Source of the DNA: Amoebophrya sp. A120 | Taxonomy: Eukaryota; Protista; Dinoflagellata | DNA: 64,000 bases | Direction: 5' to 3' | NCBI GenBank assembly: GCA_905178155.1 | Contig: CAJINV010000014.1 | Location: 248,001-312,000 of the forward strand | Shown: positions 48,707 through 61,730 of the stretch, piece by piece | Layout of the letters: the number at the start of each line of letters is the position of its first letter | How positions within the stretch are numbered: the stretch's first letter is position 1 | Position numbers and translations under genes: made by a program | Notes under the pieces: generated by a model | What the model saw: only the letters and a program-made list of their open reading frames with translations | Database searches by the model: none | What the model was told of the DNA's origin: nothing

Positions 48707-51700
48707 TTAATTTTTTGAACGCAGCCATTGGTATAATTTCGGTCTTGCCCTTGCTTCTTGCATCAGCCGCTCAAGAGCACGATAACAGGCGTCGAGTCTG
48801 TCATATAACCCGACGCGCCCCGCGATAACGTCCCGAGCCCAGCTCTCCGCGTCCGCGTCCCACGTATCCCGACTGAACCTCCCACGATTTTCCATTAATT
48901 CGCTCCAACGCGGCGTTTATGCATTGCAAATATGTCTGGGTCTGGAAGGTTGCAACTTGTGATGCTGCACTTGGATTCCAAAAAAATCTGTATTGCATGA
49001 GTAGCAAAATAAAGGAGTATAATTCTTGCTACAAGGATAGGGCATTTGTCATGCGAAATAGGCATCAAGATGCCCTCAAAAAATATGTGATGCTAGGGCG
49101 TGCATCACAGACATCACGGCTCATGCAAGACGTGCATCACAAGTCTCAGAATCTTCCAGACCCAGACATTTTTACATTTGATAGCGTTCCGAATGGACGC
49201 GGTGCTGGCGGTCCCGTGAACAAGGTTTTTACCCAGGGTGTGGGTATCAAATGTAAAAGATTCTGGGTCTGGAAGATTGCAAGGTTTGTCATGCACATTT
49301 TGCATGACCCGTGACGTCTGTGATGTATGCCCCAGCATCATAAATTTTTTGTGGGCATCTTGATCCCTATCCCGCATGAGAAATCCCCTCTCCGCGGAGG
49401 AAAAACTGGACGCCTCTTGCTGCTCATGCAGTACAGATTTTTTTGGATTCCACACATAGCATCACAAGTTGCATTCTTCCAGACCCAGACATTTTTACAT
49501 TTGATAGTGGGTATTCCTCCTTGGTCCGCGTCCGGAACATACTTCGCCGGCGTGAAGTCGCCCCACTTCTTCTTCAGCATTCTCACCTTCGTAAACCCGA
49601 TTGCCTCAAACAGCATGCCCTTCGCAAGACGTGCACTCCCGAGATCCCAATCTCCGATATATTGATTGAATTTCATCGTGCCGCGAAACATTTCTCGCAT
49701 GTCCTCGACCCGCGACACGTCCCAGCGTTGGCCAATCTCCAACCCGTCAAAGCCGGTCGCTTGAAAAAACATCCTCCGCATCGTGACCACTCTCGAGACG
49801 TCCCACATTTCAATATCAAAAGGAAGAATGCCCCCTCCCCATATCAAGACGAAACTTCTGATGCTGGATTTGAGTACACAAATCAGCTTTGTATTGCAGG
49901 AAAGCATTGCAGTCAGGTCCCCAGGCTAGGTAGGGGCGTACGCGTCTAGTTGTTCAGCATGGCAAGCGGCTCCGCTTTAGGCCCAACAGCATGACAAGTC
50001 GCTTCCATAATGGGGCGGAAGCTTCTGCCCTTGCCTTCTTGCAAAACAAATGTGATTTGTGGCCTCAAATCAGCAACGCAAATTTTCGGAAACATGCCTT
50101 TTCAATATGGGGAGGGGGGATTTTTCCTCTCAATATTCAATCCCGCATCCCGTAAACGCTTGCGTTCTTGCAAACATCCGCTTCATGTTGGTGACCCTAC
50201 TCACGTCCCAGCCTCCCAGGTATTGGTCGAAGCTAAGCGCGCCCTCAAACATGAGAGACATGTCGCGCACGCTCGAGACATCCCAATCGCCAATCATTCC
50301 GTCGAAATCGGTGTGGTTCCGGAACATGCCGCGCATCGTCTTCGCGCCTGATACATTCCACCCAGAAATGTCGTGCTCGAAAGCGTACGGCTTATTTTCG
50401 AGTTGTTGGTCGACATAATTCGCATTACCTCGCTCGCGCCGGCCTTCGCCTTCGTCGGCGCTCGGGCGCTCGAAGAGATAGCTCAAATCCGCGATACTGC
50501 TCACGTCCCAAATTCATATCGGGCCGTATTTCTCCTCCGTTTTCAAAATCTGCTCCTGGGGTTCAGTTGTGCCGAGTCCTTTTCCCTTGTTCATCTTGTA
50601 TCGACGGCGAAAAGAACCACCACCTTGACCAGAACCAACTGTAGAGTGGTCCGCGCGCCGCGCGTATCAAATGTAAAAATGTCTGGGTCTGGGAGAATCC
50701 AGCTTGTCATGCTGATTTTGGATTCTAAAAAAATCTGTATTGCATGAGCAGCAAAGACAGCCCAATTTTTGCTACACGGAAAGAGCATTTGTCATGCGGT
50801 ATAGGCATCAGGAAGCCCTCACAAAATCTGTGATGCATGGGCACGCATCACAGACATCAGGAGTCATGCAACATGTGCATGACAAACCTGGCAATCTTCC
50901 AGACCCAGACATTTTTACATTTGATAGCGCGATCTGCCAATAGGGAGCTAGCGCGTCTTCCAGCTCCTTGCGGTTTCGAAAGGGCGTGTATCAAATGTAA
51001 AAATGTCTGGGTCTGGAAGATTCTGAGATTTGTCATGCATATTTCGGATCACGCAAGTGGCGTCTGATGCAGGCAAAAGCATCACAGGTTTTGAGCACGC
51101 CTCATGATGCCTCTCCCGCATGAGAAACTTCCTACTTGCGCGCCAAGAAATGGACAGCTTTTGGCGCTCATGCAACACAAATTTTTGTGTGTTCCAGAGT
51201 TTGCAGCACAAGCTCCAACCCTTCCAGACCCAGACACTTTTGCACTTGATAGCGTGTAGGTACGCACAACAAACCCGATTTTCACCACCACCACGTCTGC
51301 TCCAGACGAAGATGGGCAGCTGACATCTGCGCCAGTAGGTGGCGCTGAACCTCTCGCAGTCCCTGATATCCTGAGTAAAAACGTACCCACACCAGAGTTG
51401 TAATGCAGATTTGCAAAGACAGGAAGACTTGGAATGCGCATCCCCATGAGAGCTATTTCCAATCGTGTTTTGGAATTTGTGATGCTGTAAACAGGGTGAG
51501 CAGATGAATCTGTGATGCGGCTGCACTTGCTAACCTGCACTACACTGCAGAGTGCAACTTGTCATGCGTGGCTCACAAAACTTCTAGGTTTGTGTTGCAA
51601 AATCCCCATCCTGACTCTGGTGTGGGTGCGTTTTTACTCAGGATACCTGACGTTGTTTCATCAACAGCGTGAAACCGGTTCTGCGACAGCACCCGCTCGA

Positions 51701-52478
51701 GAGTGTCCAGAAAATTTACCTCGTTAAAGTCGGACGGCAAGCAGCGGTCTTTTCTAGACTCTTGCTCGTAAAGATCGGCTTCTTCTTCTTCTTCTTCTTC
51801 CAGCAGCAGGGGCAGCTGGTTTTTGTCCCCGCAGAGAAGCATGATATTCTCGCGAAAGCACCTCCGTTTGCGTCCAGGTCCAGTCTGCTGATGGTGATGC
51901 CGTCGTCGCCACGACCTGCGGCGCTCACTGCGTTCGCCTTCGCTTTTTCGAGCTGCAGAAAACGTTACGCGCGGCTGCGACGGATCGAATGTGAAAGGGT
52001 CCAATACTAGACACAGACTGTCGGCTGCACCGTCGTCGTTTATAATGTCTAACGCTGATGTGTCCCCCCGGTCCTCGTCACCACAGGTGATATCCTTCAT
52101 CTGCTTCTCTTTCGAGTGCTCGCTAAGAGCCCCGCCAAGCATGTCGCAATTGTTGATGAGGTCATCGTCTTCATCATGGTTGTCGACCACAAAAATCTCC
52201 CCTACCGCGCACGCAATCGCCTCCTTCACGTCAATGACCCTGGTTCGGCTTGCACTCCAGCTCCACTCGTGACTGTCCGCGGAGGTATCGCTACCAAATA
52301 AACAGGAACGACCAGGCCGCACGGGTTCGGTAAGAGGTTCCCCAGACAAGGCGTTGCAAACCTCGAGGCGGAAAGCCTGCTCTTTCATCGAGAGGAGATA
52401 GGCCTCCTGCGGCCCGGTAGAAAAGCCGGCGGTGAGAGTGGCTATTATTCTTTGTGGTGAAGTTGAGCAAATAGGCAC
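48707..52478 (-). CDS. DUF285/BspA-type bacterial surface-repeat protein, spliced
   Basis: Repeats of the form F...IG.WDVS.V..M..MF in ORFs 50130-50504 and 49338-49907; six introners. Confidence 0.85.
48918..49183. mobile_element. introner, 262-bp family
   Basis: TSD GCGTT. Confidence 0.9.
49245..49506. mobile_element. introner, 262-bp family
   Basis: TSD GTGGG; long IR. Confidence 0.92.
49814..50135. mobile_element. introner, CCCCCTCCCC family
   Basis: TSD TTCAA; restores GIE-MWDVS. Confidence 0.92.
50665..50926. mobile_element. introner, 262-bp family
   Basis: TSD GCGCG; IR TATCAAATGTAAAAATGTCTGGGTCTGG. Confidence 0.92.
50989..51251. mobile_element. introner, 262-bp family
   Basis: TSD GCGTG. 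Confidence 0.92.
51367..51645. mobile_element. introner, TATCCTG family
   Basis: TSD CCTGA; ~32-bp IR. Confidence 0.92.
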
Positions 52479-52668
52479 TTGAGAACGTAGTTACAACACT
52501 TCAGATCATCTTAAAGTAGCGAAAGATGAAATTTTTAAGTAATATTGTGAGGCAAAACTGCGGGGATTTATCGATTAAAGCCGAATGGTGCCAACTTGGA
52601 TGTCACATGGCGGGTACACTGAAGACCCGAAAGGAGCGGACGAGGGCCCATGCTGGAGTCCTCCATAT

Positions 52669-52938
52669 CGATTGCGATAAGCATCAATCAGTACGAGAAC
52701 CGCGACAAAAATGACCGGAAAAGGTCCTGGATGAAAAATATCAAAAAGCTCGCCTCTGAAAAGAAAAAAAATGATCCAGCGTCGTTTGGAAGATCTCAAG
52801 TATCCACCCACGAGACGATGCTACAGCATTGGAATTCGTAAGGCGAACCATTTCCATTCGACCGTTGTCAAGCAGCACCACGAATTCGAATTCGTTCTTT
52901 TTCCTGTTGACATCTCGACGACAGAGGTAATTGCTACG
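52669..52938. repeat. dispersed direct repeat, copy 2 (internally deleted)
   Basis: Colinear with 48136-48540. Confidence 0.8.
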
Positions 52939-53275
52939 TACCCACATGTACTCGACTTTTTAACCTATATTCTTGGATAATTGATCAATTGATCATCTTT
53001 ATTTGCGTCTGCCTCGCGAAATAAAACGTCTGAAAATATTACACCAACCTGTTAGTTTGATGCTGTATACGATTTTCTGGTGCCCACTGCGTTCTTGCCC
53101 ACCTCCTCAGAGGATGAACTACAGGCAGCGGGCGTGTGCGGCCGCAGTTTATTGTTGTATAGTAAATGTAGGTGGCTCGGGCTCCTGCGTCTCCACTTCG
53201 ATCGGAGGGCCGCGAAGTAGAGAATCTACTTCTAAGTACACGATGCAAAGAAGAGGAAAAACAAGTAACTCATCC

Positions 53276-56200
53276 TCAGATGAAAAACTCCTCCCATTTG
53301 CCCGCGACGTCCACTTCCGTATCCTGTGCAAAAGTATCGCACTCGTAGTAATTGCAATTATGCATTACAAATCTACATCCCAAGGTAAAACACCATGGCA
53401 AATTCCATTTGTCATGCTGAGGTAATTTGTAATGCAATTACTACTAGTACGAGTCTTTTGCAATTCATATTCGGTGGTCAGCAACAATTCCCAGTCCTGG
53501 CCGACCGAAACCTGTGGCAGTTTGATCAGCAGCGTGTCGGTATCAAATGCAAAAATCTCTGGGTCTGGGAGATTCTGAGACTTGTCACGCATATTTTGCA
53601 TGACCCAGCATGTCTGTAATGCAAGACCTAGCATCACAGATTTTTAGAGGGCTTCGTGATGCCTACTCCGCATGACAAACGCGGCCATCCCTGCGTAGCA
53701 CAAACTAGACTCCTCTTGCTGGTCATGCAATACAATTTTTTTTAGAATTATAAAGTTAGCGTCGCAAGTTCCAACCTTCCAGACCCAGACATTTTTGCAT
53801 TTGATACTCGGTGAGATCCATGCGGAACTGGACGTTTTCAAACGCTGGCTGGCCATCAGTCCCTGGTGCAGTAGCTGGCTGCGTGATCATTCGTTGCACT
53901 TGCTTGATGTTGTGCGCCAATTGCTCCCCGAGACCTGAAATCACAATTCTCTCTATCAGCAACCCAGCATTCTTCTTCATCGCCGTGTTTTGATGTTCTT
54001 TCTCCGCCTGGTCTACTTCCGGCGTTACCGCCAGGGCATTCTCTAAACCCTGCAAGATCGTGGCAGAGTCTGCGGTCGTCGTGCCTTGGGTGGTGGAACT
54101 AGCGGGCGCGATTTCGGTCTTTCCGTAAATCGACATTACCACAGCGCCGTTCTTGGTCTGCTTCGGTTCGATGGTGATTGTCTGCAGAACGATGGTATGC
54201 GTTGCAAAAGTTGCATGATCGGAGTCGTACGTGTGATACGACTTGCAATAATGCATCACAAACACAAAAAATCGGGTTTTTACTACGCATAAGAGATTCC
54301 ATTTCTCATACTGAGATGCAATAAAGTACTACTACTTCTATATGACATGACTCCACTTCAACTTCTGCACTGCATAAGAGGGGGTCTCCACGTGCACATA
54401 GTCGTCCACGTAGACTTTACCGGTTGCGGTGTGCGTGTTGGGGTCCAAGATATCCCAGTGCACAACTCCCCCTGCTCCCCCTTATTTGCACCATGGCTCG
54501 AAAAGCAACAGAAAAAAAAGCACAAATGTGGCTTCTCTATGACAAACTCAACAGAGGACACGGAGTCAATCGCGCCGTGCGATTCTTTTGGGCGTCGGTG
54601 TAGCTTGTCATCGACGAGTCAGGCCTACAAGTACAAGGCAACGGCTAAGTAAGCCAGGATTAAAATTTACTGCATGACATCAAAGGAGGACGCAGGGAAG
54701 AAGATGTACTTATGCACTCTCATAAAAGAAGACGTTCAGTGTGAAGGGGTCCTGCTTCATGAGCGCCGCCGACCGACGCTGCCGAAACTTCGTGGGTACC
54801 ACGCTGCCGCCTTTCGCGACCAAGGCGGCATTGCCGCGCACGTCGAAAGCGTAGGAACCGCCGCCACGCAAGGGCTCCTTTGTGTACCAGCAGTACCTGG
54901 AGATATTGTAGTACTACGTGGACGTATTTTTTGGGTATCGTTTCTCCTGTGCATATCCATGAATCAATTTGCGTCTGCCACATTGAATCTAGACAATGAT
55001 GTCGACGAGTGTGCATAGCTATTCTGCCATCGTTTTTGTGCTGGAACAGGAACGAATGAATGAAAGAGCCAGTGCACCACCTACTGCTTTACCAGGTTGT
55101 GACTTTGTCGGGGGTTTCGTTTGGCAGGTAGACCGTTGACTCGACCATGTTCGGTTCCGCCACCACTCTCGTCATCAGTGCGTCGCTATCCAGTGCAAAA
55201 GTATCGCAGCCGTACTAATTGCAGCCATGCATGACAGATCTATTGTCTAAGGGCAAACATCAGCATTTACAAATTGCATTTTTGATCTTGAGCAAATTTG
55301 TCATGCAGCTTATACTAGTGCGATACTTTTGCAATGCATAGTCGCCAACCAAAATTTGGAACTCCGCCTTGTCCGCTTCCCACACCTTGGGGTCCTTTCC
55401 GAACGAGTACCACAGAGGCTGGATTACGGGTTTCCCGGTCACCGTGTAGTCCTTGAAGAGCGTGTAGTAATACGGCAAGAGTTGGTACCGCAGCCGCACG
55501 TATCCTGTGCAAAAGTATCGCATTCGTATAAGTGCAAGTCTTGCAGCAATTTTTTCTCTGCAGACGAATCAGCATTACAAATTTTATTTTTCATGCTGAG
55601 GAAATTTGTAATGCATTGATACGAGTACGATACTTTTGCAGTTCATAGCACGGCCGCCTTCACGAAGGACAGATTGTCCTTGTTCAGGGTCCAGGGCTCC
55701 CGGTATCAAATGCAAAAGCGCCTGGGTCTGGAAGATTTCTAGACTTGTCATGCATATTTTCCATGAGCCACTATGTCTGTAATACATGCCGTAGCATCAC
55801 AGATTTTTAGAGGGCTTTGCGATACCTCTACCGCATGAGAAATGCCTTCTCCGCGTAGGACAAACCCGACCCCTCTTGCTGGTCATGCAATACAAATTCT
55901 TTGAGAGTACACAGACAGCATCACAAGTTGTGACCTTCCAGACCCAGACACTTTTGCAGTTGATACCCGGCGTGCCGTTTCGATGTGCGCGTGATTCCGG
56001 AAGAAGGGGTAGGCAATGGCGCCAAACTGATACCAACGGACCATCAGCTCCTGCTCCGGATTCTTGAAAAACCCACCAACATCTGCACCTGTTGGGATTC
56101 AGTCAAGGAGCGTGCCTGCAGAAATGCTAGCTGCACTTTACCGGAAGTAAATCGTTAGACTTAGTAAGTAGAAATCGTGAAGGTCCTCTTCCACTTTTAT

Positions 56201-59200
56201 GCTTTCTGTTCCTTCCATTTTGACAAAAGCTTGTTCGATATATTGTCTACGCCACACAGAGGGCGTGTTGGATCAATTCGCCTGATTGAAGCAGGTTCCG
56301 CATATCCAGTGGGTATCGCTACCGTGACACAATCTGTCGGGCCGCCGGGAAATAACGAAGAGCGTGTGCTGCACGAGAACTTTTGTGGTGCAGCAACAGG
56401 TACAGCACTGTCTTCAAATCATAAAAATATACACGTGAAAACAAATCCATTATGTACCGATAAAGCTGATTCCGCCCAGCGCGTGACTGAGGACCATGGC
56501 CACAGAGTCTTTCAAATGCGCCCATTGTGCCATGTTGTCCCCCGTCCAGATGGCGCCGTAGCGGTGCGACCCGGTGAAAAAGGACCGACTCAACACGAAG
56601 GGTCTCCGCCCCTGTTTGTGCTCCAAGTGTCCCTCAAACGTCGCCCGCTGGACGTACATACCGTACAGGTTGTGGTTGTCCCGGTGCTCGTATCAGAGTG
56701 CACAATTCTTCCCGCCCCTCGTTTGAAATGCAAATCATCAAACGGACCGCTGCAACAGCTTGCCTCCATGCTTCAAGCGCTGTCTGCAACATGACAAATT
56801 TTGGAGGGTAGGCGATTGTGCTTGTGCACTCGCATAGCTCGACGTCGTGCACATGAACCGCATCCCTCGGGGCGGAAACTTCGGGACCGTTGAAGACCGA
56901 GGGTTCGTTCATATCGTTCCACGTGTAGGTATCCAGAGTAAGGAAATTTGCCGTACTCGTTCGTAAAGATGCGGATTTTGCATGACAAACCTTTTCATCC
57001 TCAACCCTTTCTGCGGATGACCACAAGTGGCATGCGCATGCTGTACATCGACAATAAAATTTGTGACGCAAAAATATTTTGTACGTGTACGGAACTACAA
57101 GAGGATTATTTGTGTTGCATAGTATGTGTCCAGCGTAGATCCCGTGTAGAGTTCTGTGTTGAACTATCCGCAGAAAAAAACCCATCCACATCCAATTTGT
57201 CATGCAAAACATACATAAAATCCTGTGTTTGTCATGCAAAAAATGGATGTGGATGGGTTTTTTTCTCTGGATATGAACCTCGCCGCCCAAAATTTTCGCA
57301 TGTCCGGGTTGGAGAAATCTGGGTATACCGACTGCCCCGGCCAGCACCACCCCTATCCTGTGTAAAAAACGCACTTATGATGATCTTCTCCCCATAGGCG
57401 AGATGATGGGACGTGTGTCGCTATACTTAGAAGCCCAGATAATTTTGATTTTCTGGAATAAGCCGCGTTTTCATACAATCTCGGACCCGCAGCGGAGTGG
57501 CCCTTGTCGGGTGGCGCAGCTGCATAGTCGTCAAGTCCTATGCTTGTCCTGCATATTAAAGCATCAAATGTTCTCTTCAAACACCATTTTGTGAAGATGC
57601 AAATGCCTCTGAAGATGGAGAGCACGTGCAGCAGCATGACACAACTACATCTTATGCTCATGCAAGATCTGCAGCGAATAAACTCTAGAGTACACCAGCT
57701 AGGTACCTTTCTACACAGGATAAGCCCTCGAAATTCGTCGCGGGTGAGTTTTGGTAGTCCAGAAAGCGTATGCCTTGGAAAAGTAATGCGGGAGATCCTT
57801 CTTGCAGCCCTCCTGCAACACAGATTCTCCGTACAACTACTGTCAAGCTCAAGGACCAGCATCTCAACCAACATCACAAGAAATTCCTAGATATTCATCT
57901 AAGTCGACCTGTTATACCTAAGTGTCGATGAAGATTTGCAGAAGTCGTGCACAGTTCTTGTGAATTCGTACAACTCCAATTATGCTTTTCCAAGACATAG
58001 CGCGGATTGTTTCCTGCGGCTTGTAGTTCGGGTTGGGAATCATGGGGTGCTCCCAGATGCCAAGGTTATAGAGGAGTCTGGAAAAGAACTTCACCGATAG
58101 TTTTAGTTTCATCTTTAGACACACACATGTGAAGATTCTGTTCAACGAATAGATATAGAACCGTCATGCAAACCCAGCACAGTAAACATTCTTTCGCTCT
58201 GCTTCTGTTTCTGCAAGACAGATTTCATCAATAATTTCATCACGCCGACGAGATTCAGCATCTTGGTGATTTCTTTGCAAGGGATAGTCTTTGACCGTAA
58301 CCCAATCTGCCGGTGGGCCGGTGACGGAAGGGTCCTGTTTATGGTGTGAGATGATCGCATAGTTTGTCATGCGATTGTATCTATACAGCTACGCTGTTTC
58401 GTCGTTGTGGTTCGCATGAGAAAGAAAAAAAAAATATTTTTTTCATTTTTTACGCAAAAATCGATTTCTCTAGGTCTACCTTGATCATCGGCAACTGCTC
58501 CTCTTCCCCGGGGCTGAGCGCCGGCGCGAGGTCTTTGTATTGCCAAGTGTATCATGGTTAAAAACTTCATCCCCGCCCCAAAGTCATCAAGATCATGGGC
58601 ACTTTGATGGAGTACACAAAGCAAATTGTTTCGCTTGTTGCGGCGCATGTTGACGGATTTGGCCCCACAGGGTACAATTGTCGTCGTGTTAAGCAAGTTC
58701 AGCCGCATCAAAAATAAATCATCTTCTCATCCTGGTTTGAGCAGGACAAATTCCACAACACCTCTAGACAATGCTGCTCTTCTTGGGGAAGCTGCGCATG
58801 GTAAGTATTTCAATAACCTCCATGGCCATGCAGATTGGCATGACAAAAAGTAGGGACGACGTTTTCACACACCAGGATAGCGTTTTTTTTTTCGTCAGCA
58901 AATCCATGTCCTTCAAATTCGTGTACACACTGTAGTCCCCGGTCGCCTTGATGTGCGGGTCCACAATCGTCACGAGCTTTCTGCCGTGGCCGGACAGGCG
59001 CTTGGTCATGCTATCCGGGTTGGGAAAGTGCCTTTTGTCCCAGGTAAAGTACCGCTTCCCGTCCGTGTGCTCAATGTCCAACCAAAGGACGTCATAGGGG
59101 ATGTCGTAGGATTCGAACTTGTCATGCACCTCCAGCAAGTCCTTTTCGGAAACGTAGTTCCATCTACACTGGTGCTTGCCGATGGCGAACACCGGCGGCA

Positions 59201-61730
59201 TCGGGGCGAAGCCCGTCAGCGAGTGGAACTGCTTGGACACAGCGGGGGCGTGGGGGCCGGGGAAAAGAAACAGATCCAGAACACCCGACTCCGAGACCCA
59301 CCTGACAAATTAACGACTCATACGTGGTGTTGAGAAAAATTTGCTTTTGCGTTTGCGATGCACAACAACTGGCAGTGCAGCATCCGTTCGTCCTCTCCAG
59401 TCTCCACCTCTATTCGTCTATCAATATCATCTGTAGTAGAACTTGTTCATCACCAAGGACCGACTGAGACTGTCAAAAAAAAAAAATGGAAATCTTCAAA
59501 ATCCGGAAAATCTACTTTCCGTACCATGTGTCGTAGCCCTTTGACAAGCGTGCCGCGTCGCCCGAACCACCCCCGCCGAACCACGAGGTGTTGTCTGCGA
59601 AGCCTTCGACCTTTACAAAGGTCTCGGAGGGGTTATTCCACAGAACCCCACTCACCGTGTGCAGCGATCGCTCGTAACCCCACAGCATCGGCACGGCACC
59701 GTACAGTGCCTATCCCAAAGAAAAATGTCTTCACGACCTCATACCCAAAACGGAAACTCAGCTGCCCGACAAATGCATATCCGGAAGCCTTTGCTTTGCG
59801 AACTTCGCAGAAGATAATTAGACAGCTGGTGGCCACGTAGCCTCGTCGTGCTCGGCTAATGTGCTTAAAAATCGCATACACGAACTGTAATTGACCGCCT
59901 TAGCCTGATTACAGCATGATGACTAAAACCACGACTAGAAAATTCGCTTTTGCATGGCAAATATCGGCGGAATGTGGAGACGGTTTTTTACTGAGGATAG
60001 CGCCATCGGGCTGTTCAGTTCGTACTCGAACACGTCCAAGTTGTAGAGCCGATAGGGCTCCTCGAAAGGTTTTAGCAAAAGCGCCGCGGCGTGCTCCGGC
60101 AACCCCGACACGTGCCCCACGTCGCCGATCCAGGAAAAAACATCCATCCCGATGCTATTTGTGATGCAAAACATGCAGAAAGTCCTGCGTTTGTCATGCA
60201 AAAAATGGATGGGGATGGGTGTTTTCTCCTGGATATCGCCCACGAAAGTGACATCCACACCCAGCGAGGCCGGACCCCGAGGCTTGGGGTCGTGGTGGGA
60301 GCCGAAGCTCTCCGCGTGCAAACCGTGCGTGTCCACGGTAGGGTGGTTGGCCGCGTCGTAGATTTTGTCCTTTTTCACCGTGTTCTGCGGTCGGTAGATC
60401 TCGAAATTGAGTAGATTCCGCTTGTTCACGACGGCGAAGGGGACATTGCCCTATGCAAGGGGAAAAAAACTGCGCTAGTGGAAGTCTGTTAGTGTGCAGC
60501 GGAGGAGGACCATGTAAGAGGGCTGCGTCTGTCCCATACAGGTCATGCATAATCGTAAGCTGGTCCATTCAAGAAGCTGCCGTTATTTTTGATGTCAACA
60601 TGCCAGACGCGTTTGTCGAGCTGCTGTTGCCCAAAAAAAGTTACACTAACGCACTTTTTTGCTCCTGTGATATGTTAGCCGATGCGATCAGCAGGAGCTG
60701 TAATAAGAGGTTTTAGAAGATGAATTTCACCACGACGGTCGAGAGTTTCCTCACGTCGTTGCTACACCTACAAGTCTTACTTTGCACGACCGATTTACTT
60801 CTTCGTGAATCTTCAAAGATATCATGCAAAAGGGACCTTTTTAAATCGGCCACCTGTTGGCGCATGCGCATGCTGTGGTAGCTTTTACATGGGACGAGGA
60901 TGATTTACATATACATTTACGACCGCAGCTTGAATTCAATACACGGCCAAATCAGATTCTAGTACCGGACTGTGTCGTAGCTCCACTTTGACCTTAGTCG
61001 TCTCCTCTGCAACAGCTTCCCCGCCCCCCGGCGCCGAACTCGTACTGTACTCGAAAACGGTGGCTGCCACCGCCCCGGTCGCGTCGTCCTTGATTTTTGA
61101 CACCGAGACGTCACTCATCGGCACCAGCTCTCGTTCTGTTGCGACAACGACATCCCCGTCGGGGATCTTGTAGCGCGGGTACAGTGGGTCTTTTTCCGTG
61201 ACAAAAAACCGAACCCCGCCAAATTTATAAAAATCAAGCTTCAGGGTCAACGGAGGACTATTGGACGCTCCTGCTTGGTCCTCTGATGATGTTCCTGCTT
61301 CGACTGCACTAGGAGAAGTTGCTGTGGAATGCAAGTCAAACTCGGTCGGGGACAATGCAGCTCCACCACTACTACTTTGTTCCTTTGTGTCTGCTATACT
61401 CCAGTGGAACGTTGCCGGCGTATTTTTTACCAACTCCACCCATTTTCGGTAGCGCCGGCAAAAGCTGCCCTGCTCACACGTGCGAAATTTGCTGTGGTCC
61501 ACGGCCTCGGCGAATAAACTGCTTTGATGGCAAGTCGTTGATGCTGACAGGAGTAACAGGGACGCCGCGGCGGATCGTCGCGATCTTCGAATCCTCGGAG
61601 CTGCTCGACCGTCTGTTTCTCGACGAGGATATGATGTTTTCTTCGACGCACCAGAAGACTGTACGCGCCCGACGTCAATCTGCCGCGCGTCCGAGAACAA
61701 TACACGGCTGGGCGAGGAGGTAGTCGCCAT
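53276..61730 (-). CDS. GANAB: glucosidase II alpha subunit (GH31), heavily spliced
   Basis: [61 protein letters not shown], catalytic [28 protein letters not shown]...[13 protein letters not shown]. Confidence 0.95.
53320..53469. mobile_element. introner, 150-bp family
   Basis: Flanks TTCCG/TTCGG. Confidence 0.83.
53541..53806. mobile_element. introner, 262-bp family
   Basis: Flanks GTCGG/CTCGG. Confidence 0.88.
54451..54724. mobile_element. introner, GTGCAC family
   Basis: Flanks CAAGA/AAAGA; frame restored. Confidence 0.75.
55187..55340. mobile_element. introner, 150-bp family
   Basis: TSD GTCGC; restores VGD-ALM. Confidence 0.9.
55501..55647. mobile_element. introner, 150-bp family
   Basis: TSD GCACG. 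Confidence 0.9.
55704..55965. mobile_element. introner, 262-bp family
   Basis: TSD CCCGG; restores RREPW. Confidence 0.92.
56691..56836. mobile_element. introner, GTGCAC family
   Basis: TSD GCTCG; restores [11 protein letters not shown]. Confidence 0.9.
56930..57121. mobile_element. introner
   Basis: Flanks GTAGG/GTATG; restores [10 protein letters not shown]. Confidence 0.85.
57165..57273. mobile_element. introner, 109-bp family
   Basis: TSD TGAAC; sibling of 60127-60235. Confidence 0.9.
57354..57722. mobile_element. introner
   Basis: TATCCTGTGTA IR; flanks ACCCC/AGCCC; restores FEG-WCWPG. Confidence 0.85.
57769..57999. mobile_element. introner
   Basis: IR TATG(C/T)CTTGGAAAAG; element+5 restores frame. 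Confidence 0.8.
58067..58286. mobile_element. old introner
   Basis: TAT...ATA ends; TSD decayed; element+5 gives VKD-GIWEHP. Confidence 0.65.
58550..58879. mobile_element. old introner
   Basis: TATC(A/C)TGGT IR; element+5 restores frame. Confidence 0.7.
59711..59999. mobile_element. introner
   Basis: Flanks GTGCC/GCGCC; restores PMALYGAVP. Confidence 0.83.
60127..60235. mobile_element. introner, 109-bp family
   Basis: TSD TCGCC; restores FVGDVGHV; left end reads GAT rather than TAT. Confidence 0.88.

Noticed and set aside
48918-51251. CRISPR-like array of CCAGACCCAGAC repeats
   Set aside because: The repeats are paired inverted TIRs of introners separated by exons, not direct repeats with spacers.
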